DNA of 64,000 nt from Eledone cirrhosa (Eukaryota), in the NCBI GenBank assembly GCA_964016885.1, contig OZ024740.1, positions 47,492,001-47,556,000 on the forward strand, in the 5' to 3' direction. Below the pieces are notes generated by a model. The model saw only the letters and a list, made by a program, of their open reading frames with translations, was not told the DNA's origin and did not search any database. Both the position numbers and the translations under genes were made by a program. Positions 1 to 12,658 of the stretch are shown here, piece by piece (positions within the stretch are counted from its first letter, which is position 1; each line of letters begins with the position of its first letter).

Positions 1-33
1 GTCTGTATACATATATGTATGTACGTATACATA

Positions 34-36
<3 letters not shown>

Positions 37-102
<66 letters not shown>

Positions 103-129
103 TATATATATATATCCATTATATATATA

Positions 130-168
<39 letters not shown>

Positions 169-190
169 TAGTGTTTGGTAACATATTTTA

Positions 191-244
<54 letters not shown>

Positions 245-266
245 TAGTGTTTGGTAACATATTTTA

Positions 267-325
<59 letters not shown>
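37..325. repeat. (TA)n microsatellite with a duplicated ~35-bp insert
   Basis: Long TA runs; AATAATAGTGTTTGGTAACATATTTTAATG occurs at ~164 and ~240, and inverted at ~1256-1285. Confidence 0.95.
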
Positions 326-329
<4 letters not shown>

Positions 330-730
330 ACGAAGGAAATGTGGTAAGGAACCAGGTGGACCATAACACACCAAAGTACTCAATACTTAGGGTAGTAGAG
401 TGGGTAATAGGAACGAGTAAGGGGGGGGGGATTCTGAATTAATTTTCCGTATCAAATTTTTCATGTACCTCGTACGAGCATTTATGTAGTTTGCACTAGA
501 ATTTTTGTATCGTAGCGGCGCCCTTAGAGATAGTATTAGTATTCATTTTCAGGATCCTGAATTATTATTTCGTATTAGTTTATTTTATGCACTGGGTGGT
601 TGCTAGTTTCGGGACTCTGAATTATTATTTCGTGGTAGTTTCTTTAGTATTTTGGCCCCCCACTTGTTGACCTGTCACCGTAAGATATACTCGGTTGATT
701 ACTACTAACTCTTAAAATGGTCTCATTACA
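326..730. mobile_element. Possible solo LTR inserted in (TA)n
   Basis: Begins TGTAA and ends TTACA (LTR-type TG..CA termini), ~405 bp, no ORF. Confidence 0.35.
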
Positions 731-1453
731 ATTCCGTCCCACCTAGTAAACTTTTCTATAGTCTAGCAGTACCAGTGAGAGACTTGATGACTGTCGTTAG
801 GGAATAGTAAGCAGAAATTGTTTTTTTTATATTTTTAACATTCTTGGTATTCTTCTATATATTTACTCTATATTGATTTACTTATTGTTTCGACTTCCTC
901 CCCCTCCCCCTCCCTAGTATACTTGCTTGACCTCCTGCCCTGCTATAGTTGGCACTATCAACGCACGACTGGGTTTCCTCCACTCCCTCTCCTTCTCCCT
1001 CTGTCTTCTACTGGCAGGTTCAGCTACCCCTTCCTTCCACAAATTGCCATGATAGAATTATGTGTCTCAACAACAAACTTTTGACCAATCCTTGTGACAA
1101 TCACTTTTACCATATATGGAATTACCTCCTGAGAAGCTCGGCTATTCATATACCAGGATAAAAATGTTCATTTAGTCCAGAATTAGCCGTCGAAACGGCT
1201 TGAGCTCAGCCGTCGGGGTCCTACTCGTTCCTATATATATGTGTATGTATATATACATTAAAATATGTTACCAAACACTATTATTTATTTTACAATTGTT
1301 TCATCCTCGTGGGACTCAGCGAAATTAACCAATATATAAATAAATAACTCAACAAGTTCATCTTTTCGGACGCACAGAGAAAGTAAGACATGAATACATA
1401 CATATCAATTAACATCATTATAAATTTTAAAAGGAAATTTCCAGAATACTTAC

Positions 1454-1515
1454 CATTATTGTAGATAATATAAGGATGTGCACCACTTATGAAATTATGT
1501 GTTGGCATGTGGGCA
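1454..1515 (-). CDS. Candidate exon of the minus-strand gene (EHP-like segment)
   Basis: CAG acceptor and GTAAGT donor, 62 nt, phase 2->1; reads (S)AHMPTHNFISGAHPYIIYNN(G); phase-compatible with exon 2269-2307. Confidence 0.5.
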
Positions 1516-2268
1516 CTGATATCTGTATTTTTAAATATAGCAAATACAATGTTAAATACAATATGATCTCAATCATTTGATAAGGAAATAAATGCTATAA
1601 GATATTGCAAACAAGAATCATTTCGTAAAGATTTAGTCCTTATTTCTATTCTTTAGCCTTAAGTTAGCGCTATTCGAGTAGAACTGTTATACATTATTGA
1701 TTTTCGATAGTTACAATCACGTCTTTATGTCTTTATTTAAGACTGTATTTACAAATGTGACTGTATCAACAAATGGCTGCTATTTCTAATTAGTTAAATG
1801 ACTACCTAGACACTCCCTTGTTGATTTGATTGTGGCTGATCGTAAAGAGCGGGGTATTGCTGTCTGAACACGTTCTACTCTCTTCTCTCCATCCCCACCA
1901 TATTTCTATACGTCTGTGGATTCTGTTGAGAAAGACAGTTGAGGTGAGTAAGAGGAGTTCTGACAAAGCGAGACAATTGATAGTCCTCCACAATTTTCAT
2001 AAGGGATTCTAGTTGGTTTTTGTCGGAACTGAGTGAGTGAAATAGTGTTTTTACGATAGTATGGTTGTAATATTGTGGAGTGTTTTAGGGTTGTTTTAAT
2101 TTAATATTCTGTGGTGTTTTAAATGATTTAGTGCTTTGTGAATGCATACGAACCATGAATTCTCCACTGAGTAGTCTAACACCTTCCTGCTCACCTAGTT
2201 GTAATTATGTAATTATTTTATAATAAAAAATATACATCAAAATGAAAGTTTTCTTTTAAAGAACTTAC

Positions 2269-2307
2269 CTAATGGAACGTAGTAAACGGGATGCAGTCGG
2301 AGAAAAG
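2269..2307 (-). CDS. 39-nt exon with an RxxR furin-like site
   Basis: TTTTTCAG acceptor and GTAAGT donor; phase-2 reading FSPTASRLLRSI. Confidence 0.6.
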   Translation of the reverse strand, partial: LFSDCIPFTTFH

Positions 2308-3102
2308 CTGAAAAACCAATGGGTATAGAACTATATTATACATATGTATTATACTGACTGATGACTCATAATACCCGTGCTTGTTTCATGTTAAATGCAT
2401 TTAAACATATGGGGAGTAAATACATAGGACACCGATATTTACTAGAGCCGTAATCCTTACGGATATTGTTCACTAACTAAAGCGGATACCAAAATACTAG
2501 AGCGCCGAAGAGCGTGATAGTGTTAAACTGAGCGACAATGGCAAAGTGTAGTATTTGTATGACCAATATACAAGTTGAAACCTCGGAAAACACGCAAGCC
2601 ACACATAAAGCTATTAAATGAATCAAATGCTTGCTAACTATAGAATAGATGAACAGATTCGAAAACAACTCGTAAAACAGGACACAAAATCATTTCAGCA
2701 AACTATAAATGAACACTAATAAAAACTGCAAAAACACAAAAACTAAAACCTTATCTATAACAAATGATTCAGATCTAGACAAGCTATTAATATATATTGT
2801 GACTTATAAATTGATTGCAAGTTGTATAATTGCCTGATCCGATTATATTTGTTGTCGGCTCTTCGATTTCCTCATTTATGACAATGTCTCTGGTGGCTGG
2901 CAAGATGGAAACATTGTTTACATAGGTTACTTCTGACGGTCGGTGGATGCTTTGGTTGGAATTGGTGCATCTTTTATCGCAGTCTTTTATCCTCTTCAAT
3001 TATTTTCCGATCTTCTTCAAAATGTTCTGCACTGACTTTCATAAGATAATGTCACGTTATTTTGTCATCTAAGTTTAAAAGGGCTTAGGGTGTGTGTTGG
3101 TG

Positions 3103-3144
<42 letters not shown>

Positions 3145-3637
3145 CAACAGATGCACAAGTCCGGGCAAGGTTGTTTCCAGAAGACCAGAAGTCGCCCATG
3201 CATACTAGTCTCCCCTATCGACACCATCGTAAGTCCTGATGGAGTTGTATGGTGCCGTAGTAACATATGACGTGTTGGGCACGTTAATCCTGGCTATGAG
3301 CATCCCCTCTCCAGGTCTGGACACAGTTTATGAAGGAGAGAGTGATAGAAATGGAATTATAAAGAGATTTAGAGGAAGGTTCTACCCCGGTACTGGGCGT
3401 ACTTTTTTATCGACCTCAAAAGGATGAAAGGCAAAGCTGACCTCACTAGGATTTTAACTACCAATTCTCCGCACGGATTTGATAAATATTTAGTACATAT
3501 CTTGAAATATCTTAGCATATATTTAATATTTATCTTCGTCTATATTTATCGGTTTATTGTGTTACCCGATTTAATGTAACTCTTGTTAATAGTCGCTTTA
3601 TAAACAATATCTTCGTGGACAGCTCAGCGGCAACCTG

Positions 3638-3900
3638 ATGCAGTTTTGGACTAACAAAGGTTCTGCACTTCGGGCTGAGGATGATAAACTTTCTAAGTAT
3701 CGGTCGCTCTTCGACAGGTTTGCAGTCGAGCCCCTGACAGTAGATACTTCTGGTGTCCTTGGCCCTAGGGCTACCTCCCTACTTACCACCATAGGCGCTG
3801 AGCTGGCCAGCCGCAGGCGTGGGCCTCGCGAGATAGAATGGCTCTTCCAGCGCATCTCCCTTACCATCCTCCGGGGAAACGCCTTCTCCATCTGTCCGCC
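3638..3900 (+). mobile_element. 3' relic of a CRE-like (restriction-like endonuclease) non-LTR retrotransposon
   Basis: AEDDKLSKY...PLTVDTSGVLGP...WLFQRISLTILRGNA matches the RLE C-terminus; homologous to 30505-30942. Confidence 0.8.
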
Positions 3901-4195
3901 GGGGTTGTGGGGCAGCCAGCACGTGGAACCCCATTTGCTCATAATACAAAGAGATGGGGAAGGCGAGAGAGATGGAGGCGATGACAGTGGGAGTTCGACT
4001 CTTCTCTGTTCGGACCTGGTGTGCAGTGCCAGTTGTCCGTAAGGAGGTAGTGACTCATCTACTATTATCTAGGGCGCTGATCTCACGGGGTTCATCTGGC
4101 TTTTGAAGGGCTGGTGTTAAGTGAAGTGATTGCACTCCAGAATATTATTGAAGGGGTAGTTTCCAGTGATTGACCACACTATGTGAACGTCTTAC

Positions 4196-4594
4196 TGATT
4201 TGCGTCCTTATTAATCTGTTGATATTTGGATTTTTGTTTTCTACATGTAACAGCTAAACTGAAACAGCAGACATGAGAGCTACATTGAACCCCGTTTGAA
4301 ATGAAGATACCTTGATGCTGATGTGATCCTAATACAAGGAATGAAACTGGACCCTCTGGTCCCTCCTTTTCTGTCCACAAAGATATTGTATAAAAAAACA
4401 GGTTGACGAAATATCTCTAGATTTACACTTCAGAACATTGTAGTATAATACAATGTCATAGATATCTACATTTTGAAACAGGTTTGTATATACTGAAATT
4501 TTTTTTGTTTTATTTTCTTCATTTATTGCTTTTGTCTTGGTACAAGTCCTAGTTTGATAGATGTGTGTTGTAGTTGTGATATAATAAATCAACA
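4196..4594 (-). pseudogene. Disrupted large exon, ZP-C-like
   Basis: TAG acceptor at 4595-97 and GTAAGA donor; reads LLIYYITT...YNVLKCKSRDISSTCFFIQYLCGQ...VQFHSLY*DHISIKVSSFQTG, then frameshifts to SHVCCFSLAVTCRK...; entry phase 1 and exit phase 2 fit both neighbouring exons. Confidence 0.4.
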
Positions 4595-4840
4595 CTATAT
4601 GGCAAAAACATATTTTGCCGACTTCTAAAAGATAAATCTCCGAGTTAATTACAGCAGGATTTGAACTCGGAAGGGAGACGGTTAAAATAATTTTGAGAAG
4701 ACTGTTTAATAAACTGAGTTTACTGTCACAATCATCTCCACCAAGCTTTGATTTCTTACACTGTAAATATCTGTAAATATGCAGATGAAGAGTGTATTCA
4801 ACTGACCTGGCGCTGGTATGTTTCTGGTACTTATTTTGTT

Positions 4841-4912
<72 letters not shown>
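4841..4912. repeat. (AAAG)n microsatellite
   Basis: Direct reading. Confidence 0.95.
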
Positions 4913-4913
<1 letters not shown>

Positions 4914-5101
4914 CTCAAAATGATTTAGGTTTCATGTGATTTTATCGTTCATAAAAGGAATTCCAATATATCTTATAACGACTTCCCCAAAAGTCAATTT
5001 TCAATGCGGAATAGTGCTTACTTTTGGCGCTCATATATAAATATATTCCGGTAAGTAAGGTACTCAATACGTAGCAGAGTATAAAAGTTTTAATATAGAT
5101 G

Positions 5102-5152
5102 AGATTCTACAGGACTAGAACTGTTTCCTTCTTTAGAAATCATCAGGAATCT
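5102..5152 (-). ncRNA. Type I hammerhead ribozyme (family A)
   Basis: Reverse complement reads AGATTC-CTGATGA-stemII-GAAA-CAG..CTG-TA-GAATCT. Confidence 0.8.
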
Positions 5153-5641
5153 GGCTTTCCAAAAATAAATGTTGTGGTATTTATATCTTTTCAGGTGGTA
5201 GGAGAGGGGGGAGTGCGATGGGTGGAGGTCATTGGTTGAAAAAAAAGGGAATTCATTAAAAGCTAATTCTTTAAGGCTATAATTTATATTTAGAGTGACA
5301 AAGAATTCTATAAAAATGTTCAGATTGGTGAGCCACTCCTTATTTTTAAGTTTTTCTTAGGCTAACAATGCCTATATTTCAGGTGTCTATAAGATGGTTG
5401 AGAGTCGGTCATCTGTTTCTCTCTGTCTTTCTTCAATAATTTAAATTATTTGAATCTCTAACAGTTATGTAAATTGCTATTATGTACTTGTAAGCTTTCT
5501 CACACGCACCCTCCGCATTATATGTAAGTTTTTTCATGTCTCAATCTTAAGGTATATAAATATTGAGTCTTGTCATATCATATTCACTACTATGACTGAA
5601 TCTAAACCATCTACTATGTCAGGGTATGTCATGCATCATCT

Positions 5642-5708
5642 TATTTTATCTGATGAGGACGTACTGTAGAAGATAGCTCAGTACCTCTGAAATATGTATA
5701 ATAAAATA
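5642..5708 (+). ncRNA. Type I minimal hammerhead ribozyme (family C)
   Basis: TATTTTAT-CTGATGA-(GTACTG..CAGTAC stem)-GAAA-TATGTA-TA-ATAAAATA. Confidence 0.75.
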
Positions 5709-5902
5709 TACTTGATCACACGAATGTCTATTTTTGTTAATATTTTGAATTAATATTAATAACCCCGGAAAACCAAAATCTGTTGAGTGCTTCCAATCTA
5801 TTGTAAAACTCATTCTTTGATTTATTCATTGAACCTTGTTTAACCTTTAAATATATACGTTTTTTTAAATATCCACTTCTGCGTTTACAGATTGACTTTG
5901 TT

Positions 5903-5953
5903 AGTTTCAGAAGATCCCGTTAAGGGTGAAAGCAGCGATTCTTTGCTTAAACT
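5903..5953 (+). ncRNA. Hammerhead-like motif, CAGAAGA core variant (family B)
   Basis: AGTTT-CAGAAGA-TCCC..GGGT-GAAA-GCA..TGC-TT-AAACT. Confidence 0.65.
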
Positions 5954-5973
5954 TTAATCTGTTATTTTAATAA

Positions 5974-6038
<65 letters not shown>

Positions 6039-6333
6039 CACACAAACATACACAAACATGCCCATATGCAGGTGCATATGATCGCCCGTACACACAGCGA
6101 TAGGCATACAAACGAACAGCCACTCATACAAATACATACAAACATGTACTCATAAATGTACGCATATACACAGGCACATAAAAACAGCTCTACATGCAGA
6201 AAATGCAGATAGGTAAGAGGTACTTACATAACCATATGTTTCAGGTTGAGGAGGGGTAGGTGTGGGGTGGAAAGGAGGTAGAGGGGCTATTTTGTCGGCT
6301 GGCGTTTAAAAAAAGGGGGGGGGGCAGTCGTTT

Positions 6334-7030
6334 TTAGCCATCGGGCATTAACACTGGCTTAAGGTATTTGAAAGTTGCAAAGTTTTTGTGCATGTAGTTC
6401 GGGTAGTGTTCAGAGAGTTTGTTCAGTAGCGGGCCCTTGGTGAATAAAATTTCGTAGCTCTCTGAGATACAAAGGTCGCAGCACTTGTGTCCTCCGTTGT
6501 ATGAACGCGCCTTCTGGAGTATTTTCCATTTAAGCGTGAAGGGGGTGGAGTTCCTTTTGAGGTCCCAAACATAGGAGGCGAGTGTTGTCTGATTTGATTT
6601 GTCCGGTCTTCTGAAGGAGTGGGTATGGGCATACACCCGGGTCTTAAAATTATTGGAAGTCATGCCGATGTAAGTCTTTTTGTTGTTGCAATCATCGGTG
6701 CCTGAGATGACATCGCATTTGTATACGATATCATTTGTCAGGCATTTGTTTTCAAGTGGGCAGGTTTCCTTATTTAGGCAATTACACAAGGCCCCAGTCC
6801 GGAGATTGGGTTCGGAGGTGGTTGGCTTATTTAATTTTTTAGAATTGTGATTGGCTATATTCCTAGCTAGGTTAGGTGTAGTAAAGTAGGAGAGTCTTAA
6901 TGTGTTCTTATTAAAGATGGTGTATCACCTATGTTTTAAGGGGAAGTGTGTGTTCAGCAAAGTGAAGAAAATCCTAGCTATAGGTGTAGAGACCTCTCAA
7001 TTGAAGGGAGGGTTGTACCAGCTAATCTGC
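6334..7030 (-). mobile_element. Penelope-like element 3' end (RT thumb + GIY-YIG endonuclease)
   Basis: CNC..CPL..C, IVY..TYIGMT..FKTR, WKIL, CDLC..E motifs. Confidence 0.9.
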
Positions 7031-7467
7031 ACCTGGAATTTAGCTTAATTTAGCTTAAGAGAAACATGACAATAATGATAGCATAAGCACCCAATATTTT
7101 GAACTGGTTTATAGAATTCTCTTGGCCTTTGTCACTCTAAGTAGAGCTTTAAAGAATTAGCTTTTAAAAAATTTCCCTTTTCTTTAAATCCAGCAACGAT
7201 GACCGACCCCCAACCATATTATAGACACCTGAAATATAGGCATTGTTAGTCTAAGAGAAACTTAAAAATAAGGAGTGGTACCCCAATCTGAACTTGTTTA
7301 TAGAATTCTTTCTGCCTTTGTCACTCTAAATATAAATTATAGCCTTAAAGAATTAGCTTTTAATGAATTCCCCTTTCTTTCAACCAATGACTTCCATCCA
7401 TCCCACTCCCCACCATCTCCTACCACTTGAAAGGATATAAATACCACAAGATTTATTTTGGAAAACC

Positions 7468-7518
7468 AGATTCCTGATGATTTCTAAAGAATGAAACAGT
7501 TCTAGTCCTGTAGAATCT
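7468..7518 (+). ncRNA. Type I hammerhead ribozyme (family A)
   Basis: AGATTC-CTGATGA-TTTCTAAAGAAT-GAAA-CAG-TTCTAGTC-CTG-TA-GAATCT; GUA cleavage triplet. Confidence 0.85.
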
Positions 7519-7663
7519 CATCTATATTAAAACTATATATATATATATATATAGTAATAATAATAAATTTGAAGACTAAAATCCAAAGAGGGCTCGATAA
7601 GGATAAATATATATCAAATATATAAGAACCGTAGAGCAAATATTTATCAAAATAACAGATTAA

Positions 7664-7714
7664 AGTTTAAGCAAAGAATCGCTGCTTTCACCCTTATCGG
7701 GATCTTCTGAAACT
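7664..7714 (-). ncRNA. Hammerhead-like motif (family B) in pLTR
   Basis: Same fold as 5903-5953, sense to the PLE ORF. Confidence 0.65.
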
Positions 7715-8655
7715 AACAAAGTCAATCTGTAAACGCAGAAGTGGATATTTTAAAAAACGTTGCAACCGGAGGAAGACAGGAAGACGATACTTTGGTTCGT
7801 GGAAACGTTCCCTCGCAAAGAACGGGAAAAAACGAATATAATACGTCATTAATTGGAGCGGTGAAAAACAATTACGCGCAAAGACAGAACCACGTTTATG
7901 GTATAAAAGAGGTCGTAGACCAATGTTCTCTTAGGTGGTTCATAGAGACGTTCTCTGGCAATGAACGAAAAAAACGAAGATAATACGTCATATGTGGAGC
8001 GTAGAGAACAATTGCGCGCAAAGACAAAGCCACGTAAATTGTATAGCAGAAGTCGTAGACTAAAATTCTAACTAGGAGACCGAAAGAATCTCCGCTTCAG
8101 AGTTAAGAACAAAGTAAATAAATACAATACAGAGATAATAGAAATTAAATAAATACATACACGCATACAAATACGTACATACACAAGCATACGCGAAAAT
8201 ACTTACCTTGGGTATACAAAACCACGCACATATAAATATGTGTGTGTGTGTGTATGCGTGTATACAAATAAATAAATAATTAAATAAACGTATATAAATA
8301 AATAAATACGTATATAACAAGCGCACACACATACCTACATGTAAATACACAAATGTTCGGAGACGTAAGTCAACCAAAACACGAAGTACACATATACACA
8401 TACCCTACATACGTACGAACCTGCATACTCACACAGACGCAAAACACCCGTATACACATAACCAAACCATATGTACCAGAAAATATAAAATTATACGCCA
8501 TAACATATACAATCAAATATACGTACGTGAAGGTATACGTACCTTCACAAAACATACAAGTAATATATACTTACCTATGCAAATAAGTAATGGTATAAAC
8601 AAAACATATACTTAGCTACCACATCAAGACGTAAAATATCCACGTAAAGATCGTA

Positions 8656-10819
8656 CTATCCGTTAGGGTATAACGTGGGGCTGTAATACAGGAAAGTTTT
8701 GTGCAATTTATGTTTACAAGCCGAAATTGCCTCAGATTTTTTAAGATGTGGTCTGTGGCGTAGTATTTCCAGGGCCTCAGCAGCGCAGAGGTCACATGGT
8801 CTTTTATTTCCGTTATACGATCTAGCCCTAGCTAGGATCTCCCAGTGTAACTTTTATTGGGTGTGGTTGTCTTTTAGGCTCCAGATATAAGCTGAAAGTG
8901 ACGTCATATGGATTCAAGCAGCGTCTTTACCTGCATACCTATTCTTTTCGTTACCCTCTAGGGTAACGAAAAGAATAGGTATGCAGGTAAAGACGCTGCT
9001 TGAATCTATTGGCGGTTAACCCATTGTAGGCCCTACGGGACGTGGGTGTTTCAACCTTACATTTGTAGACAATGTTACTAGATAGGCATTTCCCGGATAG
9101 GGGGCAATCAACCCGATTCCTACAATTACAGTTAGTACTAACTACAAGGTTGCACGTGTTCCTACGGCTAGGGAGTTTAGCTAAATTTGAAGCTGTGATG
9201 TTATGTGCAAGGTTAGGAGTCGTAGAGTAAGAAATTTTAATAGTATTTCTATTAAAACTTTTACTATATTTATGTGTAGGGGGGAAAATGCTTCGTAATA
9301 AGGGAAAGAAAGATCTTAGCTAATGGTGTGGCCACCTCCATATTATATGGTGGGTTATACCAACAAATGCGACGGGATCTATTTCTTCTAGGTCTATTTT
9401 CGTACTCTGTATATGCTACCTAATCGGCAAATCCACTCCGAGCAAGAGCTTCATTGTAATAAGTGGAATGGTCGTTGAAAATATGCTCGTTAGTAGATAG
9501 ACGGGAAAGCCTCAACGAAACGTTTCTTACCAGGTTCTTGGCTATGCTGGCAGGATGGTTGGAATGCTTACTTATGTAATTAAGCGTATCATTCGGCTTT
9601 CTATACGGGTAATACAACCCATTCAATAAATTGAGGGTAACGTCGAGGTAATTAACGACCGAGAGATTGGCCTCAACCTGTATAGAGAGGTTGAAGCCTT
9701 TAAAGAAGGCTGTGAGTTCTTTTCTGAACCTGTCGCAAGCACGAAGTCCGCACTTAGTCATGGTCAAAAGACCATCATCACGGTACAAACCACCGCCCGC
9801 GTTGGGGAATTCGTCCTGATAGAGAAAAGAAGGAAAAGGCCGATAAGATCAGTAACCTCCACAGAATCGCTGGCGCCCATACTCACATCGAATTGGGTAC
9901 TATTGGATTTTTTAATCCAAATAGAGTCGTCGAAATTAACCACCGACTTACGAGCATTGATGATGACATCAACTTCGAAATCCTTAACCATTGTGAGTGT
10001 TTTAGCGAAATTGATAGCTCTAAGGAGAAGTGGTAAAGTGATGGAGGAGTAGTAATTGTTGACGTCGAATTGGATAAAACGGCAATGTTCCTTGTTACAT
10101 ATGCCGTTGAACCAATCAATCACCGCGAAAGAATTATTCCACAGTGCAAGAGGGGCCAAACTTCTAATTTCAGGTATAATTCTATGAAGAATCGTTTTAC
10201 TAAGTCTATATAAATCGGACTTCGTAGGGTTAATAAGCCGAATAGAGGGGTTGTTCGGAAAATTGGATTTGTGATCCTTCAGGGTAAAGTGGGGAGAAAT
10301 AGGGTCCAGAGGTTCGGTCCGGTCGAGGATGTTGAGATCAGATGTGATTTTAAACCCATCATCGTTGATTCCATTGATGACGCACCGATTAGTTTTACGG
10401 TAATCCTTAGTTACAGCATTATGTAGTAGTTGATGGTAAGTACTGCGCTCCACTTGATATAGGTTGCCAGTTTTGTCGGAATGGACGTGCACGGCATTAG
10501 AATCCTTAATAGAACGAATTCTATTCTTCAGGTCCTGCTGGAAGGAATTGCACCTATTCCGAAATTTGATACTCCGTATGAGTTCCAAGACATCATTTTC
10601 GAAGGGTAGCAATGCTGGGTTACATGGGGGGTTATTATAGGTTTTAAACCCAAATTTATCCTGTTTGTTGTCTGCTTTTCGCGGATTATCGAAATAAAAG
10701 GCACGCCAACGCAACCGTTTAATGAACGCGTCTGTTTTCTGTATCAGGAGTTTCAGGTATGTTTTCCTGCTTGGTACGGGTATGTTCTTTGTAGAAATAT
10801 TCAGATGTTGTTTCTGCAT
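8656..10819 (-). pseudogene. PLE polyprotein (reverse transcriptase + GIY-YIG), frameshifted
   Basis: RLRWRAFYF, SDKTGN, IRLINPTKS, QFDVNNYYSSI, FDVSMGA, YRDDGL, YLDVTL, HSNHP; C-terminal WEILARARSY..CDLC; several frameshifts and stops. Confidence 0.92.
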
Positions 10820-10972
10820 GATTAATATAAGTCAATAGAGTGCTCAACCGAGGGAACCAAATAAAATAATAATAAATTTGAAGACTAAAATCCAAAGAGG
10901 GCACGATAAGGATAAATATATATCAAATATATAAGAACCGTAGAGCAAATATTTATCAAAATAACAGATTAA

Positions 10973-11023
10973 AGTTTAAGCAAAGAATCGCTGCTTTCAC
11001 CCTTATCGGGATCTTCTGAAACT
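10973..11023 (-). ncRNA. Hammerhead-like motif (family B) in 5' pLTR
   Basis: Identical to 7664-7714; ~150 nt upstream of the ORF ATG. Confidence 0.65.
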
Positions 11024-12508
11024 AACAAAGTCAATCTGTAAACGCAGAAGTGGATATTTTAAAAAACGTTGCAACCGGAGGAAGACAGGAAGACGATACT
11101 TTGGTTCGTGGAAACGTTCCCTCGCAAAGAACGGGAAAAAACGAATATAATACGTCATTAATTGGAGCGGTGAAAAACAATTACGCGCAACGACAGAACC
11201 ACGTTTATGGTATAAAAGAGGTCGTAGACCAATGTTCTCTTAGATGGTTCATAGAGACGTTCTCTGGCAATGAACGAAAAAAACGAAGATAATACGTCAT
11301 ATGTGGAGCGTGGAGAACAATTGCGCGCAAAAACAAAGCCACGTAAATTGTATAGCAGAAGTCGTAGACTAAAATTCAAACTAGGAGACCGAAAGAATCT
11401 CCGCTTCAGAGTTAAAAACAAAGTAAATAAATACAATACAGAGCTAATAGAAATTAAATAAATACATACACGCATACAAATACGTACATACACAAGCATA
11501 CGCAAAACACTTACCATAGGTATACAAAACCACGCACATATAAATATGTGTGTGTGTGTATGCGTGTATACAAATAAATAAATAATTAAATAAACGTATA
11601 TAAATAAATAAATACGTATATAACAAGCGCACACACATGCCTACATGTAAATACACAAATGTTCGGAGACGTAAGTCAACCAAAACATGAAGTACACATA
11701 TACACATACCCTACATACGTACGAACCTGCATACTCACACAGACGCAAAACACCCGTATACACATAACCAAACCATATGTACCAGAAAATATAAAATTAT
11801 ACGCCATAACATATACAATCAAATATACGTATGAGAAGGTATACGTACCTTCACAAAACATACAAGTAATATATACTTACCTATGCAAATAAGTAATGGT
11901 ATAAACAAAACATATACTTAGCTACCACATCAAGACGTAAAATATCCACGTAAAGATCGTACTATCCGTTAGGGTATAACGTGGGGCTGTAATACAGGAA
12001 AGTTTTGTGCAATTTAATACCTGTGGTAAGTGTTTTCGCGTCTGCTTGTGTATGTACGTATTTGTATTCGTGTATGTATTTATTTAATTTCTATTACCTC
12101 TGTATTGTATTTATTTACTTTGTTCTGAACTCTGAAACGGAGATTCTTTTGGTCTCCTAGTTAGATTTTAGTCTACGACTTCTGCTATACAATTTACGTG
12201 ACTTTGTCTTTGCGCGCAATTGTTCTCCACGCTCCACATATGACGTATTATCTTCGTTCTTTTCGTTCATTGCCAGAGAACGTCTCTATGAACCACCTAA
12301 GAGAACATTGGTCTACGACCTCTTTTATACCATAAACGTGGTTCTGTCTTTGCGCGTAATTGTTTTCCACCGCTCCAATTAATGACGTATTATATTCGTT
12401 TTTTCCCGTTCTTTGCGAGGGAACGTTTCCACGAACCAAAGTATCGTCTTCCTGTCTTCCTCCGGTTGCAACGTTTTTTAAAATATCCACTTCTGCGTTG
12501 ACTTTGTT

Positions 12509-12559
12509 AGTTTCAGAAGATCCCGTTAAGGGTGAAAGCAGCGATTCTTTGCTTAAACT
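12509..12559 (+). ncRNA. Hammerhead-like motif (family B) in inverted pLTR
   Basis: Same fold as 5903-5953. Confidence 0.65.
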
Positions 12560-12575
12560 TTAATCTGTTATTTTA

Positions 12576-12656
<81 letters not shown>

Positions 12657-12658
<2 letters not shown>

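Larger units (their letters stand above)
5085..7533 (-). mobile_element. Nested Penelope-like relics bracketed by inverted pLTR copies (~5085-5395 vs ~7215-7533)
   Basis: The flanks are reverse complements and each carries a hammerhead; a GIY-YIG ORF lies inside. Confidence 0.75.
7556..12580 (-). mobile_element. Near full-length Penelope-like retroelement with ~1.15-kb direct pseudo-LTRs (7556-8710, 10865-12016) plus an inverted partial pLTR (~12025-12580)
   Basis: Near-identical repeats flank the RT+GIY-YIG coding region; (TA)n on both sides. Confidence 0.92.

Noticed and set aside
133-442. YIYI/HTHT/ERER/SLSL ORFs here and throughout the window
   Set aside because: Translations of dinucleotide microsatellites
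2940-3045. THAP-like EHFEED..RLR/DAPIPT fragment on the minus strand
   Set aside because: Too short, needs a frameshift, no N-terminal C-x-C motif
7741-7983. 80-aa ORF repeated three times (MDILKNVATGG...)
   Set aside because: Antisense GTG-start ORF within the PLE pLTR copies
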